Virus record (IMG/VR): IMGVR_UViG_3300021594_000960
Coordinates: 1-64,000 of that record
Strand: one strand, 5' to 3'
From: a virus
Length of the DNA stretch: 64,000 nt
In this document: positions 56,546 to 64,000 of the stretch, piece by piece
Layout: every line of letters begins with the position of its first letter
Position numbering within the stretch: position 1 is the first letter of the stretch
Translations under genes and position numbers: made by a program
The notes under the pieces: generated by a model
What the model was told of the DNA's origin: nothing
Seen by the model: the letters and a program-made list of their open reading frames with translations, nothing else
Databases searched by the model: none

Positions 56546-56570
56546 TCTTATAAATATAAAAAAAAGGGAC

Positions 56571-58583
56571 TTATCGTCCCTTTTTTTCTACAACTACATT
56601 TTCACCATCAACTTTTAACTTGTAGTTTTTATTTTCTAACATTTTTCCTGTTAGTACTTCCTCTGAGAGTAAATCCTCGATTTTATCTTGGATTGCTCTT
56701 TTTAGAGGACGAGCACCATATAGTTCATCAAACCCGACTTTGGAAAGATACTCAACCAATGTCTCGTCATAAGACACTTTATAGTTCATGTCCTCGAGTC
56801 TACCAATCAACTTCTTAAGTTCGATTTCAGTAATCTTCTTGATATCCTCTTTACTCAAACTGTTAAAGACAATAGTGTCGTCAATACGGTTTATGAATTC
56901 AGGAGAGAAGAAATTTTTCATTTCTTTCATCAATACCTGTTTTTTTGCTTCTTCGTTTCCGTAAGCACTTGTACCAAAACCAATACCTGTTCCGAAATCT
57001 TGAAGTTTTTTAACACCCAGGTTTGAAGTAAGAATAATCAATGTGTTTTTGAAATTAATCTTACGTCCCAAACTGTCTGTAACGTGACCGTCATCCAAAA
57101 TCTGAAGTAAAACAGTGAATACATCTTTGTGAGCTTTTTCAACCTCATCGAAAAGGATTACAGAATATGGTTTGTTCTTTACCTTTTCAGTAAGAAGACC
57201 ACCTTCTTCATATCCAACATAACCAGGAGGAGCCCCCACCAATTTTGAAACAGTGTGTTTCTCTTGGTATTCGGACATATCCACACGAATGAGCGAGTCT
57301 TCTGAACCAAACATCTCTTTCGCTAATTGTTTAGCTAAGTGAGTTTTACCAACACCTGTTGAACCCAAGAATACGAATGAACCGATTGGACGATTTGGGT
57401 CTTTGATACCGAGACGGTTTCTTTTAATTGCTTTAGCAATTTTCTTAACAGCTTCGTCTTGTCCAATAACCTTACCCATAAGTTCTTTGTCCAAGTTCAA
57501 AAGAGCCTTTGTATCGTCAACACTCATTTTGTTAACTGGAATTTTGGTCATATTTGAAACAACATCATAAACATCCTCCAAAGAAATTTGTTTTTTGTTG
57601 TTAATCATTTCTTCCTCGAACTTCTTTTTTTCAGCATCCAATTTGTCCAAAAGTTTTTTCTCTTTGTCTCTGAGTTGTGCCGCTTGTTCGTAGTTCTGTT
57701 TTTTTACAACTTCAATTTTTTGATTACGGATTTCAGCCGCTTTCTTTTTCAACTCTTCGATTGAAGGGGGAACTTTAAGTTCAGTTTGCATTCTTGCACC
57801 AACCTCATCCATAATATCAAATGCTTTATCAGGGAACTCACGGTCAGTAATGTAACGGTCAGCGAGTTTCACACAAGTTTCAATTACTTCATCAGAATAA
57901 GATACTTTGTGATAAGTTTCATATTTGTCTCTGATGTTTTTAAGGATTTGAATTGTCTCAACAACAGAGGATGGGTCAACCATTACTTTTTGGAATCTAC
58001 GTTCCAAGGCTCCGTCTTTCTCAATATTCTTACGGAACTCATCTAAAGTTGTTGCTCCGATAATTTGAATTTCACCACGAGATAGAGCTGGTTTGAAAAT
58101 GTTAGAACCGTCCATAGAGCCAGCAGAGTTACCTGAACCAACTAAAGTATGAACCTCATCAATGAATACAATGATGTTGGGATTAGCTTGAAGTTCTTCG
58201 ATGATAACTTTCATTCTTTCCTCAAATTGTCCACGGTATTTCGTACCCGCCACAACTGAAGTCAAATCTAAATTGACCAATCTTTTGTCTATCAAATTTC
58301 TCGGACATTCCCCACTTACAATCTTCATTGCAAGACCTTCAACAATTGCAGTTTTACCACAACCAGGCTCACCAATGATGATTGGATTGTTTTTCTTTCT
58401 ACGAGATAAGATTTGAGCAATCCTCAGAATCTCACGGTCTCTTCCAATTACAGGGTCGAGTTTACCTTGTTCTGCTAACTTATTTAAGTCTCTACTGAAG
58501 TTATCCAAAACAGGAGTACTACTGTCTGAGTTCTGTTTTTGTTTTTTACTCATTTTTTCGTCGTCGTCCATTAAATCATTCAT
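56571..58583 (-). CDS. clpC: ClpC-like AAA+ unfoldase lacking the N-terminal domain
   Basis: two AAA modules (GEPGCGKT, GSTGVGKT), UVR-like middle domain (QNYEQAAQLRD), IGF loop. Confidence 0.9.
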   Translation of the reverse strand: MNDLMDDDEKMSKKQKQNSDSSTPVLDNFSRDLNKLAEQGKLDPVIGRDREILRIAQILSRRKKNNPIIIGEPGCGKTAIVEGLAMKIVSGECPRNLIDKRLVNLDLTSVVAGTKYRGQFEERMKVIIEELQANPNIIVFIDEVHTLVGSGNSAGSMDGSNIFKPALSRGEIQIIGATTLDEFRKNIEKDGALERRFQKVMVDPSSVVETIQILKNIRDKYETYHKVSYSDEVIETCVKLADRYITDREFPDKAFDIMDEVGARMQTELKVPPSIEELKKKAAEIRNQKIEVVKKQNYEQAAQLRDKEKKLLDKLDAEKKKFEEEMINNKKQISLEDVYDVVSNMTKIPVNKMSVDDTKALLNLDKELMGKVIGQDEAVKKIAKAIKRNRLGIKDPNRPIGSFVFLGSTGVGKTHLAKQLAKEMFGSEDSLIRVDMSEYQEKHTVSKLVGAPPGYVGYEEGGLLTEKVKNKPYSVILFDEVEKAHKDVFTVLLQILDDGHVTDSLGRKINFKNTLIILTSNLGVKKLQDFGTGIGFGTSAYGNEEAKKQVLMKEMKNFFSPEFINRIDDTIVFNSLSKEDIKKITEIELKKLIGRLEDMNYKVSYDETLVEYLSKVGFDELYGARPLKRAIQDKIEDLLSEEVLTGKMLENKNYKLKVDGENVVVEKKGR

Positions 58584-58752
58584 AGTAATTAATTTTTGTA
58601 AAGATGTATCAAATTTTGGACTTAACCAAACTTTGAGACAAAATGTCTTATAGTTTATTTATCAACTGACTTTTTGTCGTGATTAGTCTCACGGCACAAA
58701 AGTTGACTATCACAAAGATAAATAATAAACTTCAAAAACAAAAATTAAAAAC

Positions 58753-59148
58753 ATGATGTACGCTTCAGAATTTAATGACCTATTCGACACATTCTTTAAC
58801 AACAGAGGTCGTAACAATTTTAATTACAGCACAACAGTCTTGAAAAATGGTTCAGACGAAACTTATGAAATTAATCACACAAAAGATGGTGCATACCTAT
58901 TCTTTGAGGCACCAGGTTTCAACAAAACCAATTTGAAGGCTGAAATGGAAGACGGAGTCCTCTACATTAATGGTAAAAGAACCTACAAATTAAATGGTGA
59001 AGAAAAAACAAAAACAATTAACAAGGAATTCAAAATCGGTGATGGTTATAATGCATCTTCAATCGAAGCAACTATCGAAGATGGTATGTTAACTGTGTTT
59101 GTACCAAACTACAAAAAACAAGATAAGAAAAGAATTAGTATTCTTTAA
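58753..59148 (+). CDS. Hsp20 small heat-shock protein
   Basis: EAPGFNK...ATIEDGMLTVFVP. Confidence 0.85.
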   Translation: MMYASEFNDLFDTFFNNRGRNNFNYSTTVLKNGSDETYEINHTKDGAYLFFEAPGFNKTNLKAEMEDGVLYINGKRTYKLNGEEKTKTINKEFKIGDGYNASSIEATIEDGMLTVFVPNYKKQDKKRISIL

Positions 59149-59210
59149 GATTCAATAATGGACATCCGTAAAACCCTCATCATTTTGGTGGGGGTTTTGT
59201 ATTTATAAAT

Positions 59211-59552
59211 ATGAAACCATATTTTGAATTAATTCAAGACAGTTTAGCCCTTAGAAATTTATTGGACGTTTATTTGGAGATGAGAAAACACTTTCAAGAG
59301 TTGGGTTTTAGTGAATCTGATTTGGATGACCCTCCAACATATACAATGAAGATGATGCGTTTACACGATAGATTTACTGATAGATTAAATTCTTTACATC
59401 GTATGATTAGTGATTATGGATTTAATATTGAACGTGATGAATTGGTAAATTATGTACATCCATTACTTTTAAAAATTAACGAAATAACACCTTTAAAAAA
59501 TGGCGATAACAAGGGAAACAATACAGGGGACGAAGATAATCAACGAGATTAA
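59211..59552 (+). CDS. hypothetical protein
   Basis: 113 aa. Confidence 0.6.
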   Translation: MKPYFELIQDSLALRNLLDVYLEMRKHFQELGFSESDLDDPPTYTMKMMRLHDRFTDRLNSLHRMISDYGFNIERDELVNYVHPLLLKINEITPLKNGDNKGNNTGDEDNQRD

Positions 59553-59742
59553 ATCTTCCAATATTAAATCTGCAGAATACGATACAGAGTCAAAGAAACT
59601 CATTGTTGAATTTAACAACGGATTCAAATATGAGTATGACGAAGTACCCCATCAGACATACACCAAATTTAGGATGGCAGAATCTCAAGGTAAGTTTTTC
59701 ACAACAGATATTTCCAAAAAGTTCAAATACAAAAAACTATAA
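59500..59742 (+). CDS. KTSC-domain protein
   Basis: SSNIKSAEYD...LIVEFNNG..YEY..VP...AESQGKFF. Confidence 0.88.
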   Translation: MAITRETIQGTKIINEIKSSNIKSAEYDTESKKLIVEFNNGFKYEYDEVPHQTYTKFRMAESQGKFFTTDISKKFKYKKL

Positions 59743-59763
59743 CACTCTGACTATTTATTTAGG

Positions 59764-60513
59764 ATGAGTATTACAAAAAAAATTCTTGATAGTTTTTCAA
59801 TTAGGGATACCTTGAACCCAAAAGTTTGGGAAAATCCTGAAGACCCAAAAAAAGCAATTTTGAAAGACAAAGTTCAAAAGGCTTTACTACGCATTGCCGA
59901 AGAATTTATCGATGATTTGGGTGATGATATTTTTGTTGAAGACATATACCTTATGGGTTCTTTAGCCAATTACAATTGGTCAGAATATTCAGATTTTGAT
60001 TTACACGTTATTGTAGATATGGAAAGATACGGTAAAGAAAAAGAATTATATGTTGAACTTTTTGATTTGAAGAAGAAGTTATTTAATTCCAAGCACGATA
60101 TTAAGATTTATGGATACGATGTAGAGTTGTACGCACAAGGTTCAACTGATGAACATCATAGTGATGGTGTATATTCTATAATGGACAATGAGTGGATTCA
60201 TAGACCAACAAAAACACATCTAAAATTGAATATGGATGTTTTGAAGAAAAAAATTGATTCTTGGACAAGCAAGATAGATGATACCATTGAAGATGCTAAA
60301 TCTAGCGGTAATGTTGAAAGTTTAAAAAAACTTAAAGACAAACTAAAAGACTATAGACAGTCGGGATTGAATAAAGAAGGAGAATTCTCGTACGAAAATC
60401 TTGTTTTCAAATATTTGAGAAGGTCAGGTTATATTGGAAAACTTTTTGATGAAAAAACAAAAATCAAAGACAAAGAGTTATCTATTGAAAGAAAATTAGA
60501 GGAATCAATCTAA
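59764..60513 (+). CDS. Pol-beta-superfamily nucleotidyltransferase
   Basis: GSLANYNWSEYSDFDLH...VELY. Confidence 0.75.
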   Translation: MSITKKILDSFSIRDTLNPKVWENPEDPKKAILKDKVQKALLRIAEEFIDDLGDDIFVEDIYLMGSLANYNWSEYSDFDLHVIVDMERYGKEKELYVELFDLKKKLFNSKHDIKIYGYDVELYAQGSTDEHHSDGVYSIMDNEWIHRPTKTHLKLNMDVLKKKIDSWTSKIDDTIEDAKSSGNVESLKKLKDKLKDYRQSGLNKEGEFSYENLVFKYLRRSGYIGKLFDEKTKIKDKELSIERKLEESI

Positions 60514-60588
60514 GTTTAGTATTTATTGTATTGTGATAGGCAAAATTTAATTATTTGCTGTAATCGTATATTTATAAAGAAAAAATAA

Positions 60589-61605
60589 ATGGCTTTAGTA
60601 ACATATCTCGTAGGTTCGTGTTCTGGTGGTCCTGCAATACTTGTTGATTTCGATAGTAGCAATTTACCAGCAGTAAACGGAAATTATTATCTAACTTTCA
60701 CAGGGGCAACAAGTGAAGGTTGTTATGATATAATTGATAACGCTGAACCTGCAACAGGTGTTGATATGGTTGCAACATTATCATCAGATTATGGAGATTG
60801 TGCCACTTGCCTAGCGGTCGTTACTCCTACTCCTACATCAACAGCTACACCAACTAAAACTCCAACACAAACAGCAACACCTACAGATACTCCATCAGTT
60901 ACTACAACACCTACAGATACACCAAGTGTTACTCCAACACCATCAGTTACTACATCAGCAACTCCTACAGGTACACCTAGTGTTACTCCAAGTGTTACAC
61001 CAACGGATACCCCTGGTAATACACCAAGTGTAACCGCTACCTCCACAGTGACTCCAACATTAACAGCATCAAACACACCAACACCATCAGTTACCGCAAC
61101 TCAAACAGGAACACCAGCAGTTACACCAACTGCTACGGCAACAGCTGCGGTTACTTCAACCCCAACGCCAACAACTACAAAAACTCCAACACCGACACCA
61201 ACACCTCCAGGGTTTTGGTTAATCACAGATTGTATCGGTACTTCGTGGAGTGTAGAAATTACGGGAGTGTCTCCAACAATTGGAGATATGTACATCTTCA
61301 CATTTGATAATAATAATTTAGACTATAACTGTTACTTCGTCACTGATACCAGCTATGGTCCAATAGTTGCAACAGCAACATTCCTAAGTGGTCCTTACGT
61401 AGACTGTGCCGAGTGTGGAGTTGTTTACACAGGTACATCAGTAAACCAATTCTACGAGTATACCGCAGAAATGGAAGGTTCCTTCAGTGGAGGTACATTA
61501 CCTCCAGGGACTCAAGTACCACATCCTGGATTTGCAACAGAGAACGGGATAGCAGTCCAACTAAACGCAGTACTCTTAGGAGGAGTAAACGGATTAAATA
61601 GTTAA
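60589..61605 (+). CDS. protein with Thr/Pro-rich mucin-like linker between two Cys-containing domains
   Basis: long TP/TPS tract; DCATC and DCAEC motifs. Confidence 0.75.
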   Translation: MALVTYLVGSCSGGPAILVDFDSSNLPAVNGNYYLTFTGATSEGCYDIIDNAEPATGVDMVATLSSDYGDCATCLAVVTPTPTSTATPTKTPTQTATPTDTPSVTTTPTDTPSVTPTPSVTTSATPTGTPSVTPSVTPTDTPGNTPSVTATSTVTPTLTASNTPTPSVTATQTGTPAVTPTATATAAVTSTPTPTTTKTPTPTPTPPGFWLITDCIGTSWSVEITGVSPTIGDMYIFTFDNNNLDYNCYFVTDTSYGPIVATATFLSGPYVDCAECGVVYTGTSVNQFYEYTAEMEGSFSGGTLPPGTQVPHPGFATENGIAVQLNAVLLGGVNGLNS

Positions 61606-61625
61606 AAAAAACAATAGTTTATAAT

Positions 61626-62897
61626 ATGGCAGACTTAAAACCAATTGGAAGTGAAAAGCTCACAGGCCAAGACAAGATAAAAAGAATTATGGAAATTGCT
61701 CGTTTTAAAGAGAATATTCCTAATACATTGAATGAAACTAGTAGAAGCGAATACGGTATCAATCTTGCTGATGGGAAGTCCTATGAAATTGTAAAAGAAA
61801 GACAAGGATACATCATAAAGAAAGTTGTAACTGAAGGAGTTACAGAATATATTGAACCAATGAAAAATAGAAAATACTATTCTTCATATTCACAAGCTTT
61901 CAAAAGATTGAATTTATTTGCTGCCGAGTTAAATAGATTAAACGAAAACGAAGAAGGTGTTTCACTTTTTGGAGAACAAAAGAAATTTGTTCTTAAAACT
62001 CCAAAACCAGCAGCGGAACCCGCTCCTGAAGCAATGGCGCCACCAATGGCTCCACCACCAGTTCCTTCACCTGAACTTCCTCCTTCACCTGATGCTATAC
62101 CTCCTTCACCTGAAGGTGGTGACCCAGGTATGGGTGCAGAAATGCCGATGGATATGGGAATGGATATGCCTGATGAAGGTATGGGTGCTCCTGAAGGTGA
62201 GGAAATTTCAATGGATGCTGAAGTAGATACAGAAATGGGTGGTGATGTAGAAGAAAAAGTAACATTCAAAACAATTCAAAAACTTACAGGAAAACTAACT
62301 CAGAAAATTAGAACTCTCGATAATGAAGAAGGCATGACTTCTGAAAATATTAAGTATGTTATCAACATGGTATTATCATCACTTGATTTGGGTTCTCTTT
62401 CTGAAGAAGATAAAGAGGACATCATGTCGAAATTTGACGAGGTTGAATCAGAAGACGAAATGGGTGGAATGGAAGATATGGGACCTGAAGAGGACATTAC
62501 ATCAGATACAGAAGTAGAAGATATTCAAGCTGATATGGACGTACCTGTTGAAGGTGAAATGCAAGAGAGAATGGGTAACGGTGCAATTTTTGATAGTATT
62601 TTTGGAGAATCAAAAGTAGATAAAGTAATTTCAAAGTATTTTGAAGTAAGTAAAAAAGAAATCCTTGAAAACAGAGAGAAATTTGTACAGAAGAAAAGAC
62701 AAAGCACTATTTCGGTTAAAAGACAAATGGTGGAGGTTCAAAGATTGGTTGAGAGTGTTGAACAAAAATTGGCGGCTCAAAAGTTTTTGGAAGAAAACAC
62801 TAAAGCAACTATTGTTGGGAAAACTAATAAGAAAAATTTAGTTTTTGAAAACAAAGGTAAACAAGTTAAAATTTCACCTGAAGGATTGTTAGTATGA
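61626..62897 (+). CDS. hypothetical (probable virion) protein
   Basis: 423 aa with Pro-rich and acidic linkers. Confidence 0.75.
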   Translation: MADLKPIGSEKLTGQDKIKRIMEIARFKENIPNTLNETSRSEYGINLADGKSYEIVKERQGYIIKKVVTEGVTEYIEPMKNRKYYSSYSQAFKRLNLFAAELNRLNENEEGVSLFGEQKKFVLKTPKPAAEPAPEAMAPPMAPPPVPSPELPPSPDAIPPSPEGGDPGMGAEMPMDMGMDMPDEGMGAPEGEEISMDAEVDTEMGGDVEEKVTFKTIQKLTGKLTQKIRTLDNEEGMTSENIKYVINMVLSSLDLGSLSEEDKEDIMSKFDEVESEDEMGGMEDMGPEEDITSDTEVEDIQADMDVPVEGEMQERMGNGAIFDSIFGESKVDKVISKYFEVSKKEILENREKFVQKKRQSTISVKRQMVEVQRLVESVEQKLAAQKFLEENTKATIVGKTNKKNLVFENKGKQVKISPEGLLV

Positions 62898-63213
62898 GTA
62901 AATTGATATACGTAAATGGATTAGGACCTAACTATAAGGGAGATAATCTTTACGAATTCATTTTCTCGGATACTACGGACGTATGGGGAGATTCTTGGGA
63001 GAGTAAACCATCAAACGGTTATCCAACTCCACCCGAGTTAAAATATATCAAAAAGGTGGGAGTTCTGAGAAATACCGATATAAAGTTGGAATTGATTCAG
63101 AACTCCGATTTTTTTTCTATGATAGACGCAATGGATGACAAGAAATAAAAGATAAACTCTATGAAAGAGATTTAATCTTAGAATTTGAAAAGAAAGAGGT
63201 TTATGAAAAATAA
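62894..63213 (+). pseudogene. hypothetical gene broken near 63137
   Basis: first frame stops at 63148; a start-less second frame continues QEIKDKLYERDLILEFEKKEVYEK* to 63213 and overlaps the next ATG. Confidence 0.55.
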
Positions 63214-64000
63214 CGTTAAAGCTTACGAATTGATTGAGAAAGGCTTATCAGCCAAAACTGTTTCAAAATTGAATGAATCACAAATTGAAACACTTTATAA
63301 AAAATTGGTGATTTCTGAGCAAGTAACAGAAGTACCAACAAAGAAAACATTTAAAGTAGGTCCTAAGGGAGGTAAAGTTGGTAATGTTATGGTTTCCACT
63401 GACCCAAACACGAAAGAAGTTATAGTAACTACTGAAACTGAAATGACTGAGGATGAAACAGATGATGTTACAGACAAGAACGCTTTGGGTGCAGACGCAC
63501 TCCAAAATCTTACAGGTCAGGAAGCACCACATGATGCTAATGATATGGCACCTGATGGTATGGATGATGATTCAGATAACAACAGAAAAATGATGGGAAT
63601 GTCTGAAGAAAAAAACAAACCGAACCCATGGGCTATTTGCCATTCTCAAGTTGGACCGAAAAAATCAAGAAAATGGGAAAGATGTGTAAAAGAAGTAAAA
63701 AAACAGTTGGGAGAAGGAAAAAATCCAGTATCTTTGTTTCTTGAAAACGAAATTATGAAAATTGTGGAAAAAAACTTACCTCCAAGAATAACTAAAGGTG
63801 ATTTAGTTAAGTATCTTTCAGAAGCTGGTCCAGCCACAGCACCAACCAAACCTGCACCTGGTACAAAGCCAGGAACGAAACCTGGTAAACCTGACCCAAG
63901 ACCAAGACCTAAACACCCTGGTAAGAATCCAAATCCTGGTGAAAACCCTGCACCAAAAGCAAAAAAGGTTTCTCCTGAAGTTGCAAAAGATGAAGTAATG
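63203..64000 (+). CDS. hypothetical protein, runs off the window end
   Basis: open frame from MKNNVKAYELIEKG; NPWAIC..., P/K-rich repeats. Confidence 0.75.
   Translation, partial: MKNNVKAYELIEKGLSAKTVSKLNESQIETLYKKLVISEQVTEVPTKKTFKVGPKGGKVGNVMVSTDPNTKEVIVTTETEMTEDETDDVTDKNALGADALQNLTGQEAPHDANDMAPDGMDDDSDNNRKMMGMSEEKNKPNPWAICHSQVGPKKSRKWERCVKEVKKQLGEGKNPVSLFLENEIMKIVEKNLPPRITKGDLVKYLSEAGPATAPTKPAPGTKPGTKPGKPDPRPRPKHPGKNPNPGENPAPKAKKVSPEVAKDEVM

Noticed and set aside
60789-61301. Val/Gly-rich minus-strand ORFs and the apparent DNA repeats
   Set aside because: These are antisense shadows of the Thr/Pro-rich coding tract.
1-64000. CRISPR or other regularly spaced repeat-spacer array
   Set aside because: No series of identical repeats with unique spacers was seen by eye, and no cas-like ORF is present.
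1-64000. Alternative genetic code or suppressor tRNA
   Set aside because: Long genes are intact in the standard code, breaks are frame changes rather than in-frame stops, and no CUA or UCA anticodon was found.

Overview
AT-rich, gene-dense 64-kb segment that is most consistent with a huge (jumbo) tailed phage of a Bacteroidota host. Evidence: TAnnTTTG host-type promoters, a T9SS-sorted protein, a TonB-dependent receptor, a GH19 endolysin, 16 tRNA genes (2 damaged), a tmRNA, ThyA, PPK2, ClpP/ClpC/Hsp20, two carbamoyltransferases, and many orphan genes behind a TATTTAT motif. No core capsid, terminase or polymerase gene is visible here, so the phage call is an inference. The most striking structure: both tRNA blocks lie behind short leader ORFs (37185-37280 and 41192-41272). 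Each is followed by an intrinsic terminator, carries a segment complementary to the terminator's 5' arm, and has a core made almost entirely of the codons read by the tRNAs downstream (13 of 16 codons in each). This suggests codon-inventory attenuators that switch on phage tRNA supply when ribosomes stall. Other highlights: several structured non-tRNA RNAs in and outside the arrays, one with a 16-nt exact antisense match to the leader of a CsgG/T9SS/cohesin-dockerin/lectin surface operon; a tRNA-Ser with an ACU anticodon; a tmRNA with a long tag; and about seven apparent deletion or frameshift scars that may be assembly artefacts. All family calls come from motif recognition by eye, not database searches.
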